A stretch of DNA of 64,000 nucleotides from Desulfobacterales bacterium (GCA_963668645.2 CAXXWC010000019.1:128001-192000), one strand, 5' to 3'; positions 30,481 to 40,603 are shown, counted from the stretch's first letter. Translations and numbers: made by a program. The notes: generated by a model from the sequence alone, not told the origin.

Positions 30481-30516
30481 CGGATCGGTCCGATCCGTCT
30501 GATCCGACCGATCCGT
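30481..30516. repeat. Tandem 9-bp repeat forming a hairpin
   Basis: Units CGGATCGGT / CCGATCCGT / CTGATCCGA / CCGATCCGT; 15-bp stem with one mismatch. Confidence 0.7.
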
Positions 30517-30550
30517 CCAATGAAAATCCCTGAAATCTGACGATCTTCCC

Positions 30551-31249
30551 ATGCCCATCGCCGGCATCCAGAAAACCACCCTCATCGACTACCCGGGCAA
30601 GGTGGCCTGCACCGTCTTTTTCACCGGCTGCAATCTGACCTGCCCATACTGCCACAACCCGGATCTGGCCGCCGGCCGCATCCCGGCCAGTGGCGCTTTG
30701 AGCACCGAGGCCCTTTTTTCCTTCTTGCAGGAACGCAAAGATTTTCTTGAAGGCGTCGTTCTTTCCGGGGGAGAACCGACCCTGGCCCCGGAGCTGATGA
30801 CCGTCTGCAGGACCGTCAAAGCACTGGGGCTGGCGCTCAAACTCGACACCAACGGAAGGCGGCCGCAGGTCCTGGAAACCCTGCTGGCGGCCGGACTGGT
30901 CGATTACGCCGCCATGGACCTGAAAGCGCTGCCAGAGGACTATTTTCCGCACCTGAGCCCGCATCCTTGCGCCGGGGCCATCCGCGAATCGATCCGGCTA
31001 CTGGGAAGGTACGGGACGGACCACGAGTTTCGCACCACCTGCGCCCCGCCTTGGGTTGACGGACCGTGTCTTGCCGCCATGGGCCAGATCATCCGGGGGG
31101 CCCCCCTCTGGGCCTTGCAGACCCTTCAAACCGGTGTGATGCGTGATCCTTCGTTTTTGCCCTCCGCCCACGGTCCCATGACCGAGGCTGAAATGGCGTC
31201 TTTGCAGGCCATCGCCGCCCCCTTTGTCCAACGCTGCATCCTGCGCTGA
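30551..31249 (+). CDS. nrdG: Anaerobic ribonucleotide reductase activase (radical SAM)
   Basis: TTLIDYPGK, GCNLTCPYCHN, SGGEPT, KLDTNG and FRTT motifs. Confidence 0.93.
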   Translation: MPIAGIQKTTLIDYPGKVACTVFFTGCNLTCPYCHNPDLAAGRIPASGALSTEALFSFLQERKDFLEGVVLSGGEPTLAPELMTVCRTVKALGLALKLDTNGRRPQVLETLLAAGLVDYAAMDLKALPEDYFPHLSPHPCAGAIRESIRLLGRYGTDHEFRTTCAPPWVDGPCLAAMGQIIRGAPLWALQTLQTGVMRDPSFLPSAHGPMTEAEMASLQAIAAPFVQRCILR

Positions 31250-31396
31250 TTCCGGGCCGGATTCCCCCGAGCACCCGCCACTTACGTTCATATACTGTAT
31301 TTCATTCATATTTTGCTTGACACCCTCGCGGCCACTTTCCTATGGTGGTCTTCCATCCAGCCAGCCAACCACCATAAAGACAAAGGAGAAAGCACG

Positions 31397-33307
31397 ATGA
31401 GCGACGCCTATGTCGAGGCTTGGGAGCAGTCGATCAAGGATCCGGAAAGTTTCTGGGGCAAAGCGGCGGAGGATATCCATTGGTACAAGCGCTGGGACAA
31501 GGTCCTGGACGACAGCCGGCCGCCTTTTTACCGGTGGTTTGTCGGTGGTGAGCTCAACACCTGCTACAATGCTTTAGACCGTCACGTGGAAGGCGGAAGG
31601 GCCGATCAGGCGGCCTTGATTTACGACAGTCCGGTTACGGGAACGATCAAGACGTTCACCTACCGTGAATTACGCGATCAGGTGGCGCTTTTTGCCGGAG
31701 TCCTGGCCTCCCAGGGCGTGGTCAAGGGCGATCGGGTGCTGATCTACATGCCGATGATTCCAGAAGCGGCGATGGCGATGCTGGCCTGCGCCCGCATCGG
31801 CGCCATCCACTCTGTGGTTTTCGGCGGTTTCGCGGCCAACGAGCTGGCCACCCGGATCAACGACGCCAAGCCCAAGGTCATCGTGTCGGCCTCCTGCGGC
31901 ATTGAGGTCAAACGGGTGATCGCCTACAAGCCGCTGCTGGATGAAGCCATCCGGCTTTCAAACGAAGGTGCCCGCCCCCAAAAAACCATCATCTTCCAAC
32001 GGCCGATGGAGAAGGCCCCCCTGACCGCCGGTCGCGATCTGGACTGGGCCGAGGCCGTGGCGACCGCCAAGCCGGCCGACTGCGTGCCGGTGGCGGGCAC
32101 CGATCCGCTCTACATCCTCTATACGTCAGGGACCACGGGCCAACCCAAAGGGGTCGTGCGGGACAACGGCGGCCATGCCGTAGCCCTGAACTGGAGCATG
32201 AAGGCCATATACAACGTGGATGCCGGAGATGTTTATTGGGCCGCCTCAGACGTGGGCTGGGTGGTGGGGCATTCCTACATCGTATACGGCCCGCTGCTGC
32301 GCGGCTGCACTACGATCCTCTTCGAGGGCAAGCCGGTGGGCACCCCGGATGCCGGAGTTTTCTGGCGCGTGATCGGCGAGCACAAGGTGCGCGCCATGTT
32401 CACGGCCCCCACGGCGTTCAGGGCCATCAAACGCGAGGACCCCAGGGCTGAACTGATGCAAAAATACGATCTGTCCAATTTTTGCACCCTCTTTCTGGCC
32501 GGCGAACGCCTCGATCCAGACACCCTTAAATGGGCCGAAAAGGCGCTCAACGTGCCGGTGATCGACCACTGGTGGCAGACCGAAACCGGCTGGGCCATCT
32601 GCGCCAACTGCATCGGACTGCACCAATACCCGGTCAAGCAAGGCTCGCCCACCAAAGCGGCCCCGGGATGGAACCTCCATGTGGTCGACCCCAACAACCA
32701 GCCGGTGCCGCCCGGTCAGATCGGCGCCCTGGTGGTCAAGCTGCCCCTGCCGCCGGGGACCCTGCCGACCCTTTACAAGAACGACGCCGGGTTTCTCAAA
32801 AGCTACATGGAAGAGTTCCCGGGCTACTATAAAACGGCCGACGCCGGCTTTATCGACGCCGACGGCTACGTATTTGTCATGGCCCGCACCGACGACATCA
32901 TCAACGTCGCCGGCCATCGGCTGAGCACCGGCGGCATGGAGGAAGTGTTGAGCGACCATCCCGACGTGGCCGAGTGCGCCGTGGTGGGCGTCGAGGACAA
33001 TCTCAAGGGACAGGTACCGGTGGGTTTCGCAGTGCTCAAGGCCGGGGTGGACCGTTCCCACGAGGAGATCATCGCCGAGCTGGTCAAGATGGTGCGCGAG
33101 CGCATCGGGCCGGTGGCCAGTTTCAAAAGGGCCACGGTGGTCAAGCGCCTGCCCAAAACCCGCTCGGGCAAGATCCTGCGCGGCACGATCCAGAAAATCG
33201 CCGACAACCAGCCGTACAAGGTGCCGGCCACCATCGACGATCCGGTGATTTTAAATGAGATGGAAAACGCCCTGATCGGGATCGGATACGCCAAAGCACG
33301 AAGCTGA
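31397..33307 (+). CDS. prpE: Propionyl-CoA synthetase (AMP-forming acyl-CoA synthetase)
   Basis: YTSGTTGQPKGVVRDNGGH, DHWWQTETG and LPKTRSGKILR motifs; RBS AAGGAG; TTGACA-18-TATGGT upstream. Confidence 0.85.
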   Translation: MSDAYVEAWEQSIKDPESFWGKAAEDIHWYKRWDKVLDDSRPPFYRWFVGGELNTCYNALDRHVEGGRADQAALIYDSPVTGTIKTFTYRELRDQVALFAGVLASQGVVKGDRVLIYMPMIPEAAMAMLACARIGAIHSVVFGGFAANELATRINDAKPKVIVSASCGIEVKRVIAYKPLLDEAIRLSNEGARPQKTIIFQRPMEKAPLTAGRDLDWAEAVATAKPADCVPVAGTDPLYILYTSGTTGQPKGVVRDNGGHAVALNWSMKAIYNVDAGDVYWAASDVGWVVGHSYIVYGPLLRGCTTILFEGKPVGTPDAGVFWRVIGEHKVRAMFTAPTAFRAIKREDPRAELMQKYDLSNFCTLFLAGERLDPDTLKWAEKALNVPVIDHWWQTETGWAICANCIGLHQYPVKQGSPTKAAPGWNLHVVDPNNQPVPPGQIGALVVKLPLPPGTLPTLYKNDAGFLKSYMEEFPGYYKTADAGFIDADGYVFVMARTDDIINVAGHRLSTGGMEEVLSDHPDVAECAVVGVEDNLKGQVPVGFAVLKAGVDRSHEEIIAELVKMVRERIGPVASFKRATVVKRLPKTRSGKILRGTIQKIADNQPYKVPATIDDPVILNEMENALIGIGYAKARS

Positions 33308-33352
33308 AAAATCACTGCACGAGCATCTCAGCGCCCAGTTTCAAGTTCTCAA

Positions 33353-33393
33353 TCGCTCCGGCGGCCTTTTTCCCGAAAGGGCCGCCGGAGCGA
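33353..33393. terminator. Strong hairpin downstream of prpE
   Basis: 14-bp perfect stem TCGCTCCGGCGGCC / GGCCGCCGGAGCGA. Confidence 0.6.
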
Positions 33394-33709
33394 CCCGTAA
33401 TTCTCGCTGTAACCAAGTCGATAAAGCCCGCCGTGTCACAGCCAACGCGCCTATCGCCTTCGGACCGCCCGGAAGACCACCGGCTGACTCGGAGTGTTGA
33501 CTGATGGCGACAGAAAGCAGCCGGGCGGACCGGCAACTGCTGTAAAGCGAGTCGAACGGTTGCATTTTGAGACCCGATTCAGTATAGGACGCCTTTAGCT
33601 TTTCGGAAAGCTGCGCCATTAGCACGCCATTAGGAGGATTGGACGTACCGCCGCCACGGCCTTGCCTCCAAGAGGCATAATCGCACCGCCACCAGGAGGA
33701 GGAGGGCGC

Positions 33710-34969
33710 ATGACCGATATCGCAAGCTGGGACTGGGACATCGGTGAAAAATCGATTTCCGTGGCCCCCTGGAAGGATCAATTCCGCTGGGTCGAAGAAC
33801 TGTATGTCAGCCCGGACGGGGAGCGGGTCGCCGCCATCGTCAACATCGACGAAGGCGAATTCGGTGTCTGCGTCAACGGTGAAGCCTGGGAATCGCATTT
33901 CGACAAGATCTGGTACCTGCGCTTTTCCCCCGACGGCCGCCTGACAGCCCTGGTCTCCGACGGCGGCGAATGGACTGTCGCTGTGGACGGCGAGGCCTGG
34001 GAAAACCGCTTCGGTTATGTATGGAACACACTTTTTTCCACCGACGGCCGGCACATCGCCGTGGCGGCCCAGCAGGATATGCAATACGCCATGGCCCTGG
34101 ATGGAGCCATGTGGGAAAAACGCTTCGCCAACATGACCGATTTCGCCCTGAGCCGCGACGGCCTGCATGCCGCAGCAGCGGTGCAGGTAAGTGAAACCGG
34201 CGAAGCCGACCTGGTCAAATTCCAGGCCGGATGCTACTCGGCCGCCTTGGACGGAAAAGTCTGGGACACGGCCTTTGTCAATGTCTGGCATCCGGTCATC
34301 AGCCCCGACGGCACCCGCCTGGCCGCCGAGGTGCGCCAGACCCTCTACGATTACACCATCGCGGTGGACGGAACCCCCTGGGGCCAAACCTTCGCCAGCG
34401 TCTGGGAGCCGATCTTTCATCCCAACGGAGCCGTTATTGCACCGGTGCGCATCGACGGCAGCTGGACCCTGGCCGCCGACGGAACCCCCATTTGGGAACA
34501 ACGCTTCGTCCAGGCCTGGCACCAGATGATCAGCCCCGACGGCACCCGGCTGGCGGCGGTGGTCTCGCCGCGCTACGGCCTGTGGACCCTGGCGCTGGAC
34601 GGCATCCCATGGACCACAACGGTCAATGAAATGGTCACCGAAGCGGTCTTCAGCCCGGACGGCCAACATCTGGCAGCGGCGGCAAAGCATGACGGCCGAT
34701 GGTCCATGCTGGTGGACGACCGGCGTTGGGAACAGGCCTTCGATCGGATCTGGGCCCCGGTCTTCAGCCCGGACGGCAAGGTCCTGGTGGCCAGGGTCAA
34801 AGCCGGCGGCCGCGACCGGCTGGCAGTGAACGGCCGGCTCCGGCCCGAAGCCTATGAAAATCTCTGGCCTCCGGTCTTTTCACCCTCGGGCGACCGGGTG
34901 ATGCTGCGCGGCATTCAGGACGGGACTTACCACCGCCGGATCCTGCCCCTGGACCAGTTGCTCGCATAA
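33710..34969 (+). CDS. tmcD: Tmc complex subunit TmcD (Trp-rich beta-propeller-like)
   Basis: Repeated (F/I)SPDG...V(D/N)G..W units; first gene of a cytochrome b / FeS / c3 cluster. Confidence 0.8.
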   Translation: MTDIASWDWDIGEKSISVAPWKDQFRWVEELYVSPDGERVAAIVNIDEGEFGVCVNGEAWESHFDKIWYLRFSPDGRLTALVSDGGEWTVAVDGEAWENRFGYVWNTLFSTDGRHIAVAAQQDMQYAMALDGAMWEKRFANMTDFALSRDGLHAAAAVQVSETGEADLVKFQAGCYSAALDGKVWDTAFVNVWHPVISPDGTRLAAEVRQTLYDYTIAVDGTPWGQTFASVWEPIFHPNGAVIAPVRIDGSWTLAADGTPIWEQRFVQAWHQMISPDGTRLAAVVSPRYGLWTLALDGIPWTTTVNEMVTEAVFSPDGQHLAAAAKHDGRWSMLVDDRRWEQAFDRIWAPVFSPDGKVLVARVKAGGRDRLAVNGRLRPEAYENLWPPVFSPSGDRVMLRGIQDGTYHRRILPLDQLLA

Positions 34970-34980
34970 AGGGAGAAAGC

Positions 34981-35640
34981 ATGCATGCCATCTACCAGTT
35001 CGTCAGCGGCCCTCTTTTGTGGATCGCCGCCATCGTGTGCCTCGGCGGGTGTCTGCTGCGTTTGATCAGGTTGTTGCGGCTCACGGCCCGCAAAGAGCCG
35101 TTCATCTACACTTACATGAGCCTGAAATACAGCCTGCGCTCGATCCTGCACTGGATCGTGCCCTTCGGCACCACCAACTGGCGGCGCCATCCCTGGCTCA
35201 CGGTGGTCACCTTCGCCTTTCATTTCTGCCTGCTGGCGGCGCCTCTTTTTGTCATGGCCCATGTCATTCTGTTTGGCGAGGCCTGGGGGTTTGCCTGGTT
35301 CAGCCTGCCGGATGGGGCGGCGGATTGGATGACCGTGGTGGTGGTCGCCGGGGCGGTCTTCTTTCTCGTGCGCCGCATCGTCCGGCCCGAGGTGCGCTTC
35401 GTGACCTCGACTTCGGACTATGTCCTGCTGGCCGTCGTGGCGGCGCCCTTCGTGACCGGCTTCATCGCCTATCACCAGCTTTTCGCCTACCCGTGGATGA
35501 TGATCCTGCACATCCTGGCCGGTGAAGTCATGCTGGTGGTCATCCCCTTTACCCGGCTGGTGCACATGCTCTTCGCCCCCTTGACGCGGGCCTACATGGG
35601 ATCGGAGTTCGGCGGTGTTCGCCACGCCATCGACTGGTAA
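34981..35640 (+). CDS. tmcC: Tmc complex membrane cytochrome b subunit (NarI-like)
   Basis: About five TM helices with His ligands (FAFH, AH, LHIL, PFTRLVH). Confidence 0.82.
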   Translation: MHAIYQFVSGPLLWIAAIVCLGGCLLRLIRLLRLTARKEPFIYTYMSLKYSLRSILHWIVPFGTTNWRRHPWLTVVTFAFHFCLLAAPLFVMAHVILFGEAWGFAWFSLPDGAADWMTVVVVAGAVFFLVRRIVRPEVRFVTSTSDYVLLAVVAAPFVTGFIAYHQLFAYPWMMILHILAGEVMLVVIPFTRLVHMLFAPLTRAYMGSEFGGVRHAIDW

Positions 35641-35693
35641 AGACCGGGCAGCGGCGGGCGGCCTTTTCGTTCAACCATTCAGGAGGTGCCTTC

Positions 35694-37028
35694 GTGGCGG
35701 AACCGGCTCATCAAGAAATTAAAGCAACCAAGGATCCGGGAATCGAAAAGGGGGCTGCCGGGCTGACCGAGGAACGGATCCAGGCAGTGATCAACCGGGT
35801 CATCGACAAGGAGACCGGAGCCCGTCTCAAGGCCTATGTCGACACTTGCGTGCATTGCGGCCTCTGCTCCGAAGCCTGCCATTACTACCTGTCCCGGGAC
35901 GGTGACCCGCGATTTTCGCCGGTGGGCAAAGTCAAACAGACCCTTTGGGAAATGCTGCGCCGCAAGGGGCGGGTCAGCGTCAATTTCATGCGCCGGGCCA
36001 CCGAGATCGCCCATACGGAGTGCAACCTGTGCAAGCGTTGCGCCATGTACTGCCCCTTCGGGATCGACATCGCCTACCTGATGCTCGTGGTGCGGCGCAT
36101 CGTGCATCTGCTGGGCATGACCCCCCAGTATATCCAGGATACGGCCCACAGCCACTCGGTGGTGCTCAACCAGATGTGGGTCAAGCCGGACGAATGGCCC
36201 GACACGCTCCAGTGGCAGGAAGAAGAGGCCCAGGCCGAGATCCCGACCCTGCGCATCCCCCTGGAAAAAGACGGGGCCGAAATCATGTACTCTGTCATCG
36301 GCCCGGAGCCCAAGTTCCAGGCCCAGCTCATCTACCAGGCGGCAGTGATCATGGACGTGGCCGGGGCCGACTGGACCATGCCGGCCAGCGCCGGGTGGGA
36401 CAACAGCGACATGGCGATGTTCACCGGTGACAACGAGATCATGGGGCGCATCAAACGCGCCCATTACGAAACCGCGGCGCGGCTCCACGTCCAGCGGATC
36501 GTGATGGGCGAATGCGGCCACGCCTTCCGCTCGGTCTACGACGTGGGCAACCGCTGGCTCGGCTGGCGCCTGCCGCCGATTCCCATCATTCATGCCATCG
36601 AGTTCTATCACGAGCTGATCGTACAGGGTAAACTGCGCATCGCCAAAAAATGCGACACCCCGGTGACGATCCACGATCCGTGCAACGTGGTGCGCGGCGG
36701 GGGCCTGCATGAAAAGGCGCGCGAACTGGCCCATGCCCTGTGCACCGAAGTGGTCGAGATGCACCCCAACCGCGAACACAACTACTGCTGCTGCGCCGGG
36801 GGCGGGGTGATCAACTGCGGTCCGCCCTACAAGAAGAAGCGCGTCGAGAGCAACCGCGTCAAGGCCGACCAGTTGGCCGAGGCCAAGCATCGCGGCGCGC
36901 AAATCCTCATCGCGCCATGCCACAACTGCCACAGCGGCCTGGAGGACATCAACCACGCCTACGGCCTCGGCATGGAGATCAAGTTTTTCGGCGACCTGCT
37001 CTACGAAGCGATCGAAAAACCGGTCTGA
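35694..37028 (+). CDS. tmcB: Tmc complex FeS subunit (HdrD/DsrK-like)
   Basis: CVHCGLCSEAC, CNLCKRCAMYCP, GECGH, HDPCN, NYCCCAGGG and PCHNC motifs. Confidence 0.87.
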   Translation: MAEPAHQEIKATKDPGIEKGAAGLTEERIQAVINRVIDKETGARLKAYVDTCVHCGLCSEACHYYLSRDGDPRFSPVGKVKQTLWEMLRRKGRVSVNFMRRATEIAHTECNLCKRCAMYCPFGIDIAYLMLVVRRIVHLLGMTPQYIQDTAHSHSVVLNQMWVKPDEWPDTLQWQEEEAQAEIPTLRIPLEKDGAEIMYSVIGPEPKFQAQLIYQAAVIMDVAGADWTMPASAGWDNSDMAMFTGDNEIMGRIKRAHYETAARLHVQRIVMGECGHAFRSVYDVGNRWLGWRLPPIPIIHAIEFYHELIVQGKLRIAKKCDTPVTIHDPCNVVRGGGLHEKARELAHALCTEVVEMHPNREHNYCCCAGGGVINCGPPYKKKRVESNRVKADQLAEAKHRGAQILIAPCHNCHSGLEDINHAYGLGMEIKFFGDLLYEAIEKPV

Positions 37029-37049
37029 CCGGCACTTAAGGAGACTTTC

Positions 37050-37421
37050 ATGAAGTCGATCCCCGCACTGCTGCTCGCCATCGTCCTGGTCGCCGGCACC
37101 ATTTGCCTGGCCCAGGAAGAAATGCAGGTGGTGGACAACGATGCGTTCATAGCCCCCCGGCGCCCCCCGTCGGTCTTCGCTCACGAAGCCCACAACGAGA
37201 CGGCCGCCATCGATGAATGCAGCGAATGCCATCACGTCTATGAAAACGGCCAGCGGGTCGAAGGAGAGTCTTCCGAGGACCTGCGCTGCAGCGACTGCCA
37301 TGCCGAAACGGCCGACGGCGCCACTCCGGGCCTGATGGACGCCTTTCACCGCAACTGCAAGGGGTGCCACGCACAAGAAGGAAAAGGGCCGTTGATGTGC
37401 GGCCAGTGCCACCAGAAATAA
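37050..37421 (+). CDS. tmcA: Acidic tetraheme cytochrome c3
   Basis: Signal peptide, FAHEAH and four CxxCH motifs. Confidence 0.85.
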   Translation: MKSIPALLLAIVLVAGTICLAQEEMQVVDNDAFIAPRRPPSVFAHEAHNETAAIDECSECHHVYENGQRVEGESSEDLRCSDCHAETADGATPGLMDAFHRNCKGCHAQEGKGPLMCGQCHQK

Positions 37422-37495
37422 CGGATTGATGATCGGCGGTCGGTGAGGGCCGGGTCCGGCATCAACAATCTGCCGCATCAGTCCAGGAGGCTGTC

Positions 37496-37849
37496 ATGCC
37501 CAAAAAAATCCTCATTATCGAAGACGATCCGGTGATCGTCCGGTATCTCCAGGCGGTGTTCAGCGACAACGGCTATGCCACCTGCACCGCCACCAGCAGC
37601 GCCGAGGGATTGGCGGTGGTCAGGGCCGAAAAACCCGATCTGATCACCCTCGACTTGCAGCTTCCCGGCGAGTGGGGCCCACGCTTTTACCGCCGGCTGC
37701 GCCAGGATAAAGACTTGCAGGATATCCCGGTGATCGTGGTCAGCGGCATCGACGGCGACCATGCCGTCAAGGACGCCATCGCCTTCGTCAAGAAGCCTTT
37801 CGATCCGGAAAAGCTCATCGGAATCGTGCGCAACACCATCGGCGGATGA
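37496..37849 (+). CDS. Single-domain response regulator associated with tmc
   Basis: ILIIEDD, PDLITLD and KKPF receiver motifs. Confidence 0.9.
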   Translation: MPKKILIIEDDPVIVRYLQAVFSDNGYATCTATSSAEGLAVVRAEKPDLITLDLQLPGEWGPRFYRRLRQDKDLQDIPVIVVSGIDGDHAVKDAIAFVKKPFDPEKLIGIVRNTIGG

Positions 37850-38120
37850 GTGCAGGTTCGCCCGGAGCAAAGAGCGCCCAACGCTCTGGACTCGGAACCG
37901 GACGGCCCCACATTCATTTGAAAAGGTTGTAGAAAATCCTGCAAGACAAGGCTGTTCAATCGGCCCCCGGGATTTTTTGGTGCTTGTCTGAGCCCGCAAA
38001 TCATGCTACCAAAACGGGCGATCGCCTCCCGGAGGCCACCCCGGGCGGCCATCAACACCTCCCGGTCGATTCAAATTCTTGTCAGCGCTGTAAAAACGGT
38101 TTCAAAAGGAGCGACAGGCA

Positions 38121-38621
38121 ATGGCCAAGAACAACTGGAGCACGCCCATCGTACTGGTAATCCTGGCAGGAATCTTCTTGCAGGTCATTTTCTGCCTGGT
38201 GGAGAACCGACCGTCACCCCACCGTACCGCCCTGGCCTTCTCCAAGGCCTACTACGCCCTTGATCCCCAGATGGGCAAATATCTGTGCAATGATCTCAAG
38301 TCCGATGAAGACCTCGATCTTGTGGCCGAATATCGCAACCGGCGTTTCGACGAGGCCCGCCAGCGGGGCCTGCCCTTCAGTTACATGAAAGGCGCCTTGG
38401 TCCACTACGAAACCGAAACCCGGCTCGGTGCAGACGGCAATAGCGCCGCGGTGCAGCTGACCGCCAAACGGCGCACCGCCATCAACCCCGTCTTTGCCTG
38501 GGTGGCCAAGCTCTTTTCCATCGGGCATAGCCAGCCGGTGGAAGAGGTCATCGAGCTGGTCAAGGAAAACGGCGCCTGGAAGGTATGCGGCAACCCCTTC
38601 GGCCTGGTTGAAAACGGCTGA
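38121..38621 (+). CDS. Hypothetical membrane-anchored protein
   Basis: N-terminal TM segment, RBS AAGGAG; ends in LVKENGAWKVC, reminiscent of NTF2-like folds. Confidence 0.7.
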   Translation: MAKNNWSTPIVLVILAGIFLQVIFCLVENRPSPHRTALAFSKAYYALDPQMGKYLCNDLKSDEDLDLVAEYRNRRFDEARQRGLPFSYMKGALVHYETETRLGADGNSAAVQLTAKRRTAINPVFAWVAKLFSIGHSQPVEEVIELVKENGAWKVCGNPFGLVENG

Positions 38622-38732
38622 AAACGGATACCGTACTGCGTCCGGCACACCCTCCCGGTGCACGCCGGCCGCATGCCTCTGGAGCGCTCCTGGCCTCCCT
38701 GCTCCCCCAAAGAGGGCCAAGACACGGTTTGC

Positions 38733-39491
38733 ATGGACACCGTATACGCGCGGCTTAGAGAATTCGCCCGTGAGATCGTAGCCCGCCACCCACGCCCACG
38801 CTTTTACACCGACTGCGGCCGGGCCTTCGCCGCCTCGGTCAACTTCTACGCCACCGATCCCATCATCTCCCGCTTGCGGCGCTTTGTCGCAAAGCGGTTG
38901 AACGATGATTTCGGCCATGGCATGATCCATGCCGCCAAGGTGACCCTGGATGCGGGCGCCCTGATACTGGCCGAAAGCGGCAAGCTGCCACCTTCTTTCC
39001 ATGCCATGGCGCACCGCTTGCGCCATGCTCAATGCGCCGGGTTGCTCCACGACATCCTGCGCCACGATCCAGACCACGCTTCGGCTGGGGCTGAATTCGC
39101 CGGCCGCCTGCTTTTGGGCTATCCTTTGCCCATCGCCGCGGTAAACGACATCCGCCGCGCCATCGCAGACCACGAAGCCTTTAAGGATTATTCTCCGCCG
39201 CGCCGGTCCGAAGCCCGGCTGCTGGGCGCCTGTCTTTACGATGCGGACAAATTCCGCTGGGGGCCGGACAACTTCACCGACACCGTATGGAACATGCTCT
39301 CCTTTGCCCGCATCCCCCCCGAGGATTTCATCCGGCGCTACCCCAAAGGGATGGAACGTCTGGCACGGATCCGGGATACCTTCCGCAGCGCCACCGGCCA
39401 GCGCTACGGTCCAGAGTTCATCGATCTGGGCATCGCCATCGGATGGGAGATCTACGATCGGATCCGCCATGAACCATGGAACCGGGCGTGA
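38733..39491 (+). CDS. HD-domain protein
   Basis: GHGMIH, GLLHDI, DH and YDADK motifs. Confidence 0.8.
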   Translation: MDTVYARLREFAREIVARHPRPRFYTDCGRAFAASVNFYATDPIISRLRRFVAKRLNDDFGHGMIHAAKVTLDAGALILAESGKLPPSFHAMAHRLRHAQCAGLLHDILRHDPDHASAGAEFAGRLLLGYPLPIAAVNDIRRAIADHEAFKDYSPPRRSEARLLGACLYDADKFRWGPDNFTDTVWNMLSFARIPPEDFIRRYPKGMERLARIRDTFRSATGQRYGPEFIDLGIAIGWEIYDRIRHEPWNRA

Positions 39492-39562
39492 TCCTGGCCA
39501 CGGGGCCTTGATCCGGCGGTGCACCCATCTGAAAAACAGCTGTTTCTTTCAGAGAGGATCCA

Positions 39563-40603
39563 ATGATGGATATGACTTGCATTGCCAAGCAGACCGTACT
39601 GCTCAACCCGCTCAAGGATATGGAGCGGCGCAGCGTGACCAGCGAAATCCGCCTGGATCCGCTCACAGGACGCAGTTCGCGGATCTGCCATTTCATGAAA
39701 CTGCAATGGGAAAAGCCGGACCTGAACGCCCTGGCGAAAATAACCGCTCCCCACTGCCCTTTTTGCCCCGAGCGGGTAATGGCCATCACCCCCTGTTTCC
39801 CACCGGAGATTCTGCCCGCCGGGCGTCTGGTCGCCGCAGACCAGGTGCTCTTTCCCAACCTGGCTCCCTACGAAGCCCTGAGCGCCGTTGCGGTCCTGGG
39901 CGCCGATCATTTTATTCCCATGACAGGCCTGGCGCCCGAACGTATCGCCGCCGGGTTTGAACTCTGCCTGGCTTTTTTCCGGGCACTGGAAGACGCCGGG
40001 CACCCTGAATCGGCCTACCATCTGATCAACTGGAACTACATGCCGCCTTCGGGCAGCTCCATCGTCCATCCCCATCTGCAGGTTTTCGCCGGCAGCTTCG
40101 CCCCGCAGCTGCTGCGTGAGGAAATCGCGGCCGCGTGCGCCTACCGCCAGGCCCGGGGCGCCAATTACTGGGACGATCTGGTGGCGGCGGAACGCCTCGA
40201 GGGCAGCCGCTATCTAGGAAGGATCGGACGTACGCAGTGGTTGAGCGCCTATGCACCCATGGGCGTGGCCGGAGACGTGGTGGCCGTGGTGGAAGGGATC
40301 GGCCGGACCATCGAGCTGACACCCCAAGACTTGCAGGATCTGGCCCTGGGGTTGACCCGCGCCATGGCGGCCTACGATGAAATGGGCATCTTCAGTTTCA
40401 ATATGAATTTTTTCAGTGCTGCGGCCGGCGAAGACGACTTCCGTCTCCACCTGGTTTTTTCACCGCGCACCTATTTCAACCAGGCCCTGGGCACACCGGA
40501 CGTGGGCGCTTTGCAGTACCTGTACCGTGAAGGGGTCTGCATGGCCTTTCCCGAAGAGATCGCCCAGCGGCTCAAACCGTATTTCGATCACGGCACCCCA
40601 TGA
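39563..40603 (+). CDS. GalT-like HIT-superfamily nucleotidyltransferase
   Basis: EIRLDPLTG, CPFCP, FPNL and GSSIVHPHLQ motifs. Confidence 0.8.
   Translation: MMDMTCIAKQTVLLNPLKDMERRSVTSEIRLDPLTGRSSRICHFMKLQWEKPDLNALAKITAPHCPFCPERVMAITPCFPPEILPAGRLVAADQVLFPNLAPYEALSAVAVLGADHFIPMTGLAPERIAAGFELCLAFFRALEDAGHPESAYHLINWNYMPPSGSSIVHPHLQVFAGSFAPQLLREEIAAACAYRQARGANYWDDLVAAERLEGSRYLGRIGRTQWLSAYAPMGVAGDVVAVVEGIGRTIELTPQDLQDLALGLTRAMAAYDEMGIFSFNMNFFSAAAGEDDFRLHLVFSPRTYFNQALGTPDVGALQYLYREGVCMAFPEEIAQRLKPYFDHGTP

Noticed and set aside
30371..30516. DGR variable region at the nrdD 3' end with a downstream hairpin
   Set aside because: Changes relative to the family pattern are not adenine-specific, and no template repeat or reverse transcriptase is in the window.
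33800..34900. Recurring AGCCCCGACGGC-like repeats, possibly CRISPR
   Set aside because: They are in-frame SPDG propeller repeats within tmcD, degenerate at wobble positions; no cas genes are present.
33710..37849. tmcDCBA plus response regulator as a novel complex
   Set aside because: It matches the described Tmc transmembrane redox complex of sulfate reducers.
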